A program made the translations under genes and the position numbers. A stretch of DNA of 64,000 nt. It comes from Chrysomallon squamiferum (Eukaryota > Animalia > Mollusca). Below the pieces are notes generated by a model. The model saw only the letters and a list, made by a program, of their open reading frames with translations, had not been told where the DNA came from and did not search any database. The stretch spans positions 5,270,001 through 5,334,000 of the forward strand of contig CM022671.1 in NCBI GenBank assembly GCA_012295275.1, written 5' to 3'. This document shows, one piece after another, positions 31,240 through 44,056 of this stretch (positions within the stretch are counted from its first letter, which is position 1; the number at the start of each line of letters is the position of its first letter).

Positions 31240-31390
31240 TAAAATTAAATTAAAATAAAATTAAAATAAAATAAAATAAAATAAAATAAAATAAAATAAA
31301 ATAAAATAAAATAAAATAAAATAAAATAAAATAAAATAAAATAAAATAAAATAAAATTAAATTAAATTAAATTAAATTAAATTAAAATAA
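31240..31390. repeat. (TAAAA)n pentanucleotide microsatellite
   Basis: Direct reading. Confidence 0.93.
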
Positions 31391-31932
31391 ATTAATATAT
31401 AAATAAATAAATAATTAAATCTTAAAACAATTAGAAGTTTTTGGTGTATGAAGCAACAATCTATACTCTGTAATTCTAAAACTGCAAGCCAATCTTCTCT
31501 GTATTCTGACTCCACAAGTGAAAGCTCAAAAATAAACAAATCTTCTGGGATGATTAAATGAGATGCTGTCCCAATCAATACTCAATCAGATAAAAGCAAT
31601 ATTGACAACAAAACGAGGTCTTGCCTGAATTCATCAGAATAGAGTTATCTGTGCATGCAATACTCTCTAATAAAGAAACACAAATGTAACATCATGTACT
31701 AATACAAAAATATATAAATGAAAATCAATAAAAAAAAAAAAAAAAAAAAACATAAATAAAGGAGGCAAAGAGAGAAAATCAGGTTTGAAACTGATACACA
31801 AACTCATTCAGATTATTCAGAGCCAATGTCAGATCCTTGATACTGCTCAAGAAATAAATAAGATGTAGAAGCTTGATACCAATGTAAGAATGAAAGATGG
31901 GGTAAACAGATAAGAGAAAAGAAAATGAAGAT

Positions 31933-31938
<6 letters not shown>

Positions 31939-32025
<87 letters not shown>

Positions 32026-32041
32026 AGAAAGAGAGAGAGAG
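31939..32041. repeat. (AG)n microsatellite
   Basis: Direct reading. Confidence 0.96.
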
Positions 32042-32230
32042 AAAATCGGGCAAATTTAATAATGAAAAGATTGTTCAGGTAGTAAGTAAGAATGTAGCAG
32101 TTAAGTAAGAAAGATATAGGAAAAGAAAAAAAAAAGAGAGAAGAAGAAAGTAATGAAGCAAGAGAATATAGCCTGAAAGTTTTTAAGAAAGACAGGGAGA
32201 GTGAAAGGGTGGCAAATATCACTAAGTTCC

Positions 32231-32264
<34 letters not shown>

Positions 32265-33249
32265 TAATCTATACATGCAAAACTCTTTAACAAAGAAAAC
32301 ATCACAAGAGGTCACAGAGAAACAGAGTAATAAAGTTCCAAATCTTTCTCCCACTTCTGTTTAACAATGACCTTGTGTTTCTGTCCAAGAAATCTTCTCT
32401 AGCTGAAAACAACAAACATCAGTAACAGCCTCAAAAATCAATATAAAGATGAAAAAAAATGGTTCTCCAAAATGGTTAACTGTGACATGGAACATTTACA
32501 TAAATGAGTACAGTTTGGATAATTAGTTACCTCTGGATCAACATTTCATAAACACAAGTAACTGTCAGTGAAACAAGTCTTTTTCTTTTAAATTTATTTC
32601 TACAAATTAATTACAGTAACCTTCTTAATACACTGAAATAAAATTAATTAAATAGGTATCTTTGGTTTGGTTTCAGATATATATATGTATATATATATAA
32701 ATATATTATTATTATATAACCCATTAAATATACTGTGTGCAATTGCTTATTTGTAAGCATGCACACACACACACACTAGCATGAACCATTACATTTCTTC
32801 CACTTTTTCAGCAGCAAGAACAACTATTTTTCATTACATTTTCTTTCCTTTTTTCATAGCATTCACAAATCAACAAGATTTAATGCTGAATGACTGCCAA
32901 GGACTTGCTGTATCTCACAAACAACTCTTCCCTTCCTTTACTATCAACATAAAAACACCTACACAGATTCTTAACAAAATATCTGGCAGCCATATCTGTC
33001 CTTCGAAACATGCACAAATATTTTTATTTCTTTATTTTTATACTACTGCTACTATTACTGTTACTGCTACTACTATTACTACTTGTTATTATACTGATTA
33101 TTATTATTATCATTATTGTCATCATCATCATCATCAACATCATCATCATCATCATAATCATTATCCCTCTTCTTCTTCTTATTATTATTATTATACAAAT
33201 GGTTGTAGACTGAATAATATACAGAGGAGGTAAATGAATTAATCTTCCT

Positions 33250-33390
33250 CTATCACTGAAGGTGGTTTCCCATTCCAGTCAAGACTGACTTGTGTATAAA
33301 AGGTTATGGTATGTGCGTTCCTGTACAATCCTCATTATAGGTAACACATTTGGTAGCTTCAGTGAATTTTCAGTCTCATTAAACAAAAAT
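33250..33390 (+). mobile_element. Decayed SINE-like fragment
   Basis: tttcccattccagtc...tataaaaggttatggtatgtgcgttcctgt, same family as the 7620-7800 copy. Confidence 0.4.
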
Positions 33391-33441
33391 TTATGAATTT
33401 AATAATCAAAAATAAAAAAAAAAAAAAAAAATTTATAACTG

Positions 33442-33472
<31 letters not shown>

Positions 33473-34886
33473 CTGGAATATTTCTCATTCCAGCTACTGT
33501 TCTTTGTCAGGTTTATTAAAGTTTTGATGCATGAATTTGGGAAGATGTGTTTATATAATATACAATCCAGTGATTGATGAATAGCCACTGAAACAACAAC
33601 TGAACCTTTTTTATTTTTTTATTTTTTATTTTATTTTTCAAGTAAAAAAGAAAAGTATTTTTTAATCATTATCATGTGAGTAAAGGAATAAACAACTAAA
33701 TGAATAAATATTTAACAATTAGTATTTCAGTTAATTGATGTATGAATAAAAAAAACAAAAGACCCCCAAAACAATATGGTTTAAAATCTGACAGTAATAG
33801 TCATAATAATCTACAATAACACCACTTTGACAACAAAAACCAACCCATAGTGTCTTTAAAAGATACAAAAATATTTTTAAAAAATTAAAAATTAAAATTT
33901 TAAAAAAAATCAAATCTGAATGATTTAACCTTAACAAAAAGAGCTAATAAATATTAAAATATGCTGGGAGTGCTGACAAAAACTCACTTGCACCAAGATG
34001 ACACACTGACAAATCAACTAGAATGTTCCTCAGTTGTTTTTTTCAACGGCCACATTTATCACTACATGGTACCAAAGGCCAGCAATTCCAAATTCTGTCT
34101 GTCATTATAAGAAAATGCTTGCAGCAATGTGCAGCCTGTTTAATGCCAGTATCTGATTTAATGGTTCAAGGAAAGTGTTTCTTGTAAATGCCCGACACCC
34201 TTTGATGTCAGACTATGTAGCTTAAGGGAGAAATAAGTAAAAAAATGCTTTGGTTTTTCTTTTTATATTTTGTTTTTGTGATGTAACTGCTTTGAATGCA
34301 ATGAAGTAATTCATCTTTCCTGATTAAAAAAACAACAAAAAAAAAAAACCAAAACAACAATAATAATAATAATAACAATAAATAAATAAACTACAATAAA
34401 TAAAACAAAACTTAAAAAAAAAAAAGAAGTAAAAAAAGCCTCTTAGTTTTGGTTTATATAATTCAGATAAATATTCAGAATTATCTAGCCAATATTATAT
34501 AAATAATCCATGAAACATTTTACAGAATTCATTACACAAACGATATTCTGTTAATGTGACTTTGAAACGTGCTTGTAGAATATTTTTTTAAAATATATAA
34601 TCTTTTAAAAGTTCATACCACTTAACATGAGAAAATAAACAAACAGAAATTTTGTCAACTTCTAAACAGCGTTAATATTTTCTTTCTTTTTTTTTTCAAT
34701 AAAGAATGAAAGTGAAGCTAACAAGCTGAAAAGAAATATTTGTGCTAAAATGGATATATGCATAACTACATGTTTTTATGTGCATGTGTATGTACTGTTA
34801 GAATGTCTGTGTATATATATATAAGTAAAAAGAGTCATGAATAACTACATCAACTCATACACAAGAAACATTTGTACCACAGGAAT

Positions 34887-34922
<36 letters not shown>

Positions 34923-35262
34923 GAAAAAATGACTAATAAACAATATCACATCTAACATTAACATGTTTAGAAATTACAAAAACTAACATTTCAAAAGAAA
35001 CAAAGATCTGGAAATATTCTGGCCAACAAAATTATCTTTAAATAAATATTTATTATTCTAACTAGAGATATCACTTATTCTCACTAAACATTATTTGTCA
35101 AACACGATAATAATGACAGCCATTTTCATAATATTAATGTGTATGACAAAACGAAAGGACAGGACCCACCAATTATCAAAACAAACCATCATGTACCTTT
35201 TCGGACGTTCACCTTTGTTATTAGAATGGCCTTTTCCAGCTAGATTATTATTCTTCTTTTCC

Positions 35263-35297
<35 letters not shown>

Positions 35298-36366
35298 CAA
35301 ACTTTATAGATAATAGCCACTTGTATATTTTCATAGAAGAAAGGAAATATATGATGAGAAAAAAAAAAATGTATGTAGTAAGCAAAGCAGTCCATTTTTT
35401 AGTTTTATATACAGCTATAGATTTATTTGTGGGGTTTTAAATTAAAGGCAAATGGGGAGAAATATATGGGAAGGAATGTAGAAAGAAACTGGGAAAAGGA
35501 AGGGTAAAAAAAAGACAAATATATTTTTTTTTATTAAAATTAAATTGAAATAGTTTAACAGACAAAACACTTTTGGTTTTTAATTGATATTTATAAATAT
35601 TTAATTATTTTATTTATTTTAACACAGCTTATTATTAGCCAACATTTATTTATTTATTATTTTTTGTTAATAGAAAAACAATTTTTTGCAACTGCTAATA
35701 AATAAATAAATAAATTAATAAATAAATAAAAATAAAAAATAAATAAATAAAAAATAAAAACAATAAAATTTTAAAAAATAAACAAAAATTATTTTCCAAT
35801 AGTTTGAAGCCAATATAAATACAAGGACATGCACTCAAATTATCAGGGTTCACGTTTTTCACAAACAAGCACATTTTATTGAAGTACACCAGTATATTGG
35901 GGAGGGGGGGAGGAATAATGTTTGGTCAGTGAACCTTGAAAATATTTGACCTTCAGTTCACCTGGGCAACTGGCAACATGCTTGAGTGAATAAAAACAGC
36001 ACCCTGTCTCCCCACAGTGTGACACCTTGGTGATATATCTGCCATCTTTGTCACTTGTCTTAAAGGGGCGGTTGTCCAATCATCCAACAATGGAGTGGTC
36101 ACCACACTCAAGGGGAGATAATTCACGAGAACAATGGCTGATCATGGGGGCGCTGGATTGTCATTACAGCTGACAGTAAATGCTTTGTTTGTGAATTCTC
36201 AATCCATGTCTTAACAAGATAGTGAGATGAGGTGTTGTATGTGTTAGGGGGAAAAAAAGAAAAAAAAAAAAAAGAAAAGTGAGAGAGAAAAGAAGTCTAA
36301 GTTAAATGATACATCTATGATGATGAAAGAAAAAAAATAACTCCAGTCATTTAGAAATAGAATTTG

Positions 36367-36415
<49 letters not shown>

Positions 36416-36458
36416 TAACAACAATAATAATAATTGCAGCAACAAGAGCAGCAGCAGC

Positions 36459-36501
<43 letters not shown>

Positions 36502-38039
36502 ATATATAATTGTATATATATTCATATTCATTCTTAAAGCAATCAAAAATTAAAAACCCATTTAACATAAACTTTAGTTTTAAATTAAAGATAAATTACA
36601 AAAATAAATCAGTAGACATATTAATTTATATTTTTTCCATAACCAAAAAAATATTCTTTGTTAGAAATTAGAATATCCACCCCATTTATCTAAATTTCCT
36701 TCTTCACAACAACAACAACAATAAATTAAAAAAAGAGATAAATTTTATCAATCTTCTTCAATACAAAATAATTAAATTCTGCCTAAAATAATCTGGTGTA
36801 TGATAATCAAAGATTATCTGATTATAGAAACTAGCAGATAGCATCAACACCACAACTTAACAGGCATAAAAGTAATAAATAAATAAATAAAACTTTTAAA
36901 AATTAAAATTAAAATTAAAATTATAGGAAGAAGAAGAAACAGACTGGAAACAAAAAATGGCTAAATGTCTGGGTTTTTTGTTGGTTTTTTAAATTATTCT
37001 TATGCATGTTAAATCCAGATTGATAAAAGCAACTCCATTAATGTTTTTGAGAAAAAATGATGTGCAGGTGTGAGGTTTAAATTCTTTTTACTTGAAGACA
37101 AAAATGTCAAACAAATTTTAATTTTGACTCAAGTGAGATAAATTTGCAGTAGAAAAGTTTGCCAAAACATCGAGTAAAATTACATGTGAAAAAAGAAAAT
37201 GATACAACAATTTTATACAGTTATATAAAATAAAATAAAAATAAAAACAGAATTAAATAAAATAAAAATAATAATTATTCAAATAGTTTAGAATGAAAAA
37301 GAAAAGATAAAGAAATTAAATAAAAACAGATTACAACTGATAATTTTGTATCCGTTTGTGCTAATTTTAGAATATGAACTTTTGTATTCATGATACAACA
37401 CAAACATAATTAAATTATATTTTAAAAATATGTAATAAATAATAATAATAACTTCAGATTACTCCAGTTTGCAAAAGAGTACATTATCATTAGTCACTAT
37501 TTCAACTTTTAAATTTAGTAACAAGATATTTCCCAGCAAATATCTCTAAACAAAAATAACAAAAAAAAGTTTTAAAAAAAAAAGTAAACAAAGAAGAAAA
37601 AAGAAAGAAAATGATTATGAAAATAAAAATTCAAACAAATCTATACATTGCACTTGCATTTAAAATTTAAAGGCTTTATTCATTCAATTTAAGAGGCTAG
37701 CATTTATAAATAAAATGAAATAAAATAAAATAAATAATGAAGCATAATATTTATTTATATATATTCTGTTATAACTGCAAAATTATTTTATATACAAAGA
37801 TGTTTTCTCTGGTGGATTTTTCAGCTTCTATATTTATCTATACATTTTCCAGGCAGAACACATATATAAAATCATTCTGATGCGGCGATAATGCAGCATT
37901 AATGATGTCACTGATTATATTTATAGCTGTTTTGTTAATTTTTTTAGGAATACCAAACACAACGGCCCAGAACTAGACACAGATGTTATATTCCCACATA
38001 ATTAATGACCACTTAACTTTCAATCAATCAATTACATTC

Positions 38040-38470
38040 AATTCCACAAACAAGCCTTCGAAAATATGTAAACGTCGGCAAACTACAAAAGACATTTTCT
38101 TACAATTAACACGTTTTCACTGACACCGGAAATAACCTTGTTCATGGATTACTTTTATATTTTTTTATTTTAATTTACGACAGGACAGTTGAAACAACTG
38201 ATGAAATGAAATGGATATTACAGCATTGTGCCGTTGAAAATTCTTACCTGCAAACCAAATCAGGTGTGTTAATTAGGTTCAGTATCCCGGCCCCGGAAAG
38301 TTCCTTTGATCATGCCAGACGATTTCTCCGGCTCAAATTATAAGCCATGTGACCAATATGGCTATTCTGTTTACCTCCCTTCCCTAACATGCTTTCAATG
38401 ATGAATAGTCGAAATCATTATACTCAGTGCAGGCAAAATAGAAAAGGTTCCGTTCAATCGTTAATTCGTT
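38040..38470 (-). promoter_or_regulatory. Putative promoter / non-coding first exon of a minus-strand gene extending left
   Basis: Local rise in CpG (ccggaa, cccggccccggaaag, ctccggc) against a CpG-poor background, plus a consensus donor CAG|GTAAGA with the exon ending at 38248. Confidence 0.45.
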
Positions 38471-39517
38471 TGTCCAAGACAAGACTTAATTTTTTTTTTT
38501 TTTTTTTAATAATCAGAAATAATGTTTGTTTACTTATTATAAAACTGTTGTAAAATTATGCTTTAACGCAAAATTATTATTTGAAATAAATTTTAAAAAT
38601 ATTCTCATTTTCATTGATAATTTAAAGATTATCGTTATTAATAAAAATATGAAATATTAAATAATGTCAAACAAAAATAAATAAATAAATAAATTAATTA
38701 ATTAATAATAAGAGAAAAAATAAAATAAAATGAAATAAATATTCAATTATGTCAAACAATGGTTCTTTTCGATTCAGACATTCCAAAAAATTATGCTGTC
38801 TACTTTAAGATTTATTATTTTCAGCGGATATTTGTAATTTACGCTATAATTTGTCAATCACACGCCATTCATTCATATAACTGCCATCCTGTATATTCTG
38901 AATGATAATTTATTTATTTACTTACCTATTTACATAGTTAAATAATTATTTAAATTTGCTCCATTTCCATTTTATTTAGACTTGCCCATTGTATAAAATA
39001 AATCTGTTATTGTTTACATTTTAAAAAATCACTTTGTTTCGCAAATATATTTTGTCTGTGATATATTTATTTAAGATTTTTAATTATAAAAATTAATTCA
39101 AAATTTATCTTTCTATTTTTACATCCAGCAAAAGATCTATCAGTTTTTTTTACCATACGTACATTTAATACATTAGACGTATATTTGAGTTAATTATTGC
39201 TTCAGTTATTTTCTATTTGTGTTAATTTTAGAATATAAACACAAATAATGCCAATTTGTACCCATATAAATAACAAAACAAAAATTAATTTAAAATAAAG
39301 ACAAATTTATTCAAAGGAAAATATAATTTTGCAGTAAAATATTTAAAACAATAACATTTAATTACAAGAAAATATATAAAAATATTGATTATTATCATAA
39401 TTGTCATCAGTATTATCATTATCTTCTAGCTTTAATGTATTTGTTAATTACAGTTTCCAGCATAACAATAACAAAATGATAGTAAATAAAAAAAAAATAA
39501 TAATAAAAAAAAAAAAA

Positions 39518-39596
<79 letters not shown>

Positions 39597-39674
39597 AATA
39601 CAATCACATAATGGAAATTTATATTAACATTTGTTTCATTAATTACATATCTAGGTTTTCATGGTATAACCATT

Positions 39675-41738
39675 TTAGAATATAATTTCCGTTGGGCATG
39701 TATAAAACCCATCTTTTCTTCTTTGAGGTCCCATTTTACATAGATGGATCCCTTCAACCTTCTGACTGCCAAATTCCATGTTTTTAAATTTCTGATACAA
39801 ATGTTCGGGTATGTTCGTGATATTTCGCTTTCGATTTCTTTTCAGAAAGCCCAGGTTCGTCTTCGCAATGGTCATGTGTGCTGTGTAATCATGCTCTTCG
39901 TCTCTGGGGTTGACGCCCTCTTCTCTCAACCCTCTCCTCAACAGTCTGCGAAATTCCAGAAAGTCTTCAGGGCAGCGGACCTGGCCGTAGACAACATTTC
40001 CGTCGTTGAACTGGGATATTCCTTCGATTCTGAGCAAATCCTTTGGAGCGTTCGAGGTGAGTTGTTGTTCCATATTCTTCAGAGCATCAACGGCTTCTTT
40101 GACTTGATTTTCCGAATGCAACGCCAGCGTGCACAGCGTCACGTGAATCATGTTGCGGTCGTAGCAGATTTCTTTGTACAGAGGGTTCTGTGAGGTTATA
40201 CCTCCGACTACCTCTTCCAAAGCATCGCCGATTTTCGGATTCGTACATCGAACTGCAACAAAGTAATTGGCTCGTCCGGTTCCTCCTGAATTTGAACTCT
40301 TTTTTCCTTTCGATTTTTCCCTTACCGGAACTTCCACCTGCGAATTCTTCGCCGACGTCACTTTTCTAGTGAACTTCTTCTCGTCCTGGTTCTTTTTGTT
40401 GTAAGAGATTTCTGTCCACCCATCGGACTGATCGGTGGTGTCCAGCGGTCCGTCCAGAAATTCGGTTTCAGTGTTACCACGAGAGGCACAGAGCTCTGGC
40501 CAGTCGTCCTGTTCGTCATTTCCAGACCACAGAGATGATGACAGACCGGCGCCGATCCACTGGTTTTCCAAAGATGGTTCCTGTTCCTGCCGTGATTCGG
40601 TTAAGTCACGTGGTTGGGCGTACAGTCCTGGCAATTTTGCCTCGTTGAAACGAACGAGGGTAGAAGAATTTTCGTCTTCGTCTGGAAATATTTGCGAGGT
40701 TACGTTTATTTTTTCTCTGCTGTTTTTGTTTTCACTGACGACGTCCAGTACGTAGTCAACCAGTAGGGGAAGCATCGGCGTGTTAAGGTACTCGTGACCT
40801 TTGGCCTTTGCCCACAGCGCGCACTCGAGTTCTCTTTCACTTTTATTACTGAGTCCCTTTTCATTGAGTTTGACTCGAATCCTTGGTACTCTGCTCGGAT
40901 ACCATTCTGAAATATACACACATAGCCGAATTTGCACAGCATGTTGTTTTAATTTTGTAATGTGTCTAACACTGTGAAACAGCCTGCTAACACATTTTAA
41001 AGCATTTTGAAGTCGAAGTAAAAACTCAGCAAATAATATAATATTTAAAAACTATATTATTAAAGTATTATAGTTCCAGATAAAAATAAAAGTAAATAAA
41101 TAAATAAATAAAAAATAAAATAAAATCCTTTTTTCCGGAACAGTAATTACCGACTAGTTTTTCTTTATTTCTCTTGATTAGTTTTCTCTAATTAGACTCG
41201 ATCATTTCAGTTTATTACACTTTCTACAACGATAAAATAATAATAACAATAATAAATAAATAAATAAATACATTTTAAAAATCAAAAATAAGACGGACCA
41301 ATGTTTGTATAACTAGACCATTTCTTCGAATGACAAAAGGTTTATTTTAATATCTATCTTTGTACTTATTTATCTGTCTATCTATATATCTATTTATCAA
41401 AAAAATAATTTTAATAAATTTTATAATAATTATAATCGTGCAGTATTAACTGAATAACAGGCTCATCAACAGAGAAACACAACAAAATAAACACGTACAT
41501 ACTTTTAAACTGATTTTCTACCTATTTCTTGTATACAAAGGTAAACTGGTTTAATGCAAAGTAGAATATTCTGTGTAATACCGTTGTACTGAAATTCCAG
41601 AGTTACTGCATCATTCGGTCGAACTTTGATGATGTGTTTCAACGAGGCACTGTCTACCGTGACGTCACACCGGTCCAGTAGTTTCGCTTTGATCTCGCCG
41701 ATACCCGCCGACAAACTGTTGTAAAATGTTTCATGCAT
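39675..41738 (-). CDS. RWD-like + acidic linker + AKAP7-like 2H phosphoesterase paralog (~462 aa, uninterrupted); no MJ1316 domain
   Basis: Coding exon 41738-41582 (TACAACG|GTATTA, phase 1) spliced to exon 40906-39675 (tttcAG|AATGGTATCCG). This gives LEFQYNEWYPSRVPRIRVKL (RWD YPxxxP). The C-terminal domain reads RANYFVAVRCTNPKIG...IHVTL...YTAHMTI...RKDGFY. Confidence 0.87.
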
Positions 41739-41810
41739 TCTCTTCTTCTTTTCTTTTTACCTCATAACTGAAATAAGTGAAACAAAATCTAACTTAAATC
41801 ATTATTTATA

Positions 41811-41855
<45 letters not shown>

Positions 41856-41954
41856 TATTATTATTATTATTATTATTATTTTTATATTTAATTTAATTTA
41901 ATTTTTATTTTTATTCATATTTTTAACATTTATTTATTTTATTTTATTTTAATA

Positions 41955-42006
<52 letters not shown>

Positions 42007-42420
42007 TTTTTTTTTTTTTTTTTTGAGAGAGAGAGAGGGGTCGTCAAGAAGTTATAGGTCAAATTAATTTTTGTATTTAAACTAATTTAGAAAAACACAG
42101 CTCATATTTAAGTCTTTCAAGCTAGGTTTATATCTCAAGCTAGTTAAAACTACGAGGATCTTCTGACGAAAGGGAGACAAATCCAGTATATAAATCTTCC
42201 CCATTCACAATAATTATTTCTAATAAATATTAGAGACGGCGTTGTTTGATGATTGCATATTAAATGAATTGGATTATATCTATGAAAACACACTCACATT
42301 TTTACCCATCCACATTAATGGCTCCTAAGTCTTCTAAACCAGGACATGTCCCACTGTTTTATCAGTGTAATTTCACACACTACATTACTACTACTACCAC
42401 CACCACCACCACCACCACCA

Positions 42421-42458
<38 letters not shown>

Positions 42459-42784
42459 ATAATAATAATAATAATAATAATCGTAACAATGTTATGATAT
42501 CACAAATATATTAGAATAACTACATAACTGCCCGGGAAACTTGTAAACACTTACCCACACAGACCTATACACACACATACACAAACTCACACATATTCAT
42601 ATACATACATGTGTACATACACCCATATATATATATACAGACACTACATATATAATATAAAACCATTGTGTGTCGTTGTACAGGCTCTTTTGTAAACAAA
42701 CGGTTCTAGGGAGCTGACTAAGCTAAAACCTTAGTTCTGTTCATATAATCAGTTAATATTTGAATTTTAAAGTTTACCACATAC

Positions 42785-42900
42785 CTGACAATGATTACTA
42801 ATCTTCAGTTTTCAAGACTTATTCGTCTTTTATTTAATCCTTTCCCAAAACACTGCTGTTTCCGTGCCTACTTCTTGTTTCGGTTTTGTTGTGCAATCGG
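42785..42900 (-). other. Probable 5' UTR exon of the 39675-41738 paralog
   Basis: Donor TCAG|GTATGT at 42785 in a CpG-containing segment, with a matching acceptor ttatttcAG at 41768-41769 just upstream of the ATG exon. The 5' boundary is approximate. Confidence 0.4.
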
Positions 42901-44056
42901 AGATGATCGAGGGGAAACAACCTCTATTTTGTGAGTGTAGTTCCAAGCATGTTTATGCTTGTTGTTGGTTCCGTTTATGAGCGTTTGAATAGGTAAACAC
43001 AGATGAAACATAAAATAAACACGTTATTCGATTTAAATATAAATCAGCCAGATTTAAGTTCTTTTCTCCGATTGGATGCCCGGGTCCACCGCCCCTTCGG
43101 CCCCCCATCCTCTGCACACCTCTGGTTGGGAGGAAGTGAATATACGGCACAAGCACACATTTAAAACATAATCTGTAATATATTTTGTTGTAATTTTTAT
43201 TATGCAATTTAATATTGAATTACAATCATGATTATATAAAGTATATTTTCTGATTTGTTTTGGTTACATTTTCAGCTTTTAAATCTATTGCGATATTAAT
43301 TTATTTACAATACGGTCATCCAGTATGGTTTTATTGGCGTACTAGCAAATGCATGAAATGTTATTATGTTTAAGATTTATATGTATTGTAAATTTAATAT
43401 ATCATTATGGTTTAACAAATTACAACACACACTCACACATACACAATTGTTTTCACAATCACATATATGTTTTAATAATTAATATTATCACAAAAGTTAA
43501 AAATTAAAAATAAAATAAAAATATCAAACAATATAGAGTTTAACATTGTAAATATTAAAATACAAGTAAATAACAGGTGATAGTATCACTGTCTGTAGGT
43601 GATTTTAGATGTTACAGGGTCTTGAAAAATACCATGATTGGATTGCTTATAAATGATATAGTTCTGGCTCCAGGAATCAACATAGAACAGGCCTGATTTA
43701 TACATAAATTTAGTAAACTGTAGAACAGGGCTTCATAGTAAAGAAAACTCTCAGTTTAGTTTAGTTTTTACAGTCACTTGTAACACTTCCCTAACAGAGC
43801 CTCACAGTATAGGGTCAAAGTTCATTTACAACATGATATGGGTTAGCTTTCTAAATATATTTTCAAGATTTCAATGCACTTCTTTTATTTCATTTCTTTA
43901 ACATTATTATCTAGGCAAGGCCTCATTATTTATGTGGTAAATTTCAAGCTATTTCAAAATCAAAGCAATAATTCTAACATTTTATAAACTTTTTCATACA
44001 ATTTCTACTACAGTCTTTTCCCCTGTAAATACTAGCCATACTGGATCTAATTTCGG

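Noticed and set aside
39744-40755. Plus-strand ORFs 39744-40193 and 40435-40755
   Set aside because: Antisense shadows of the minus-strand 2H gene exon.
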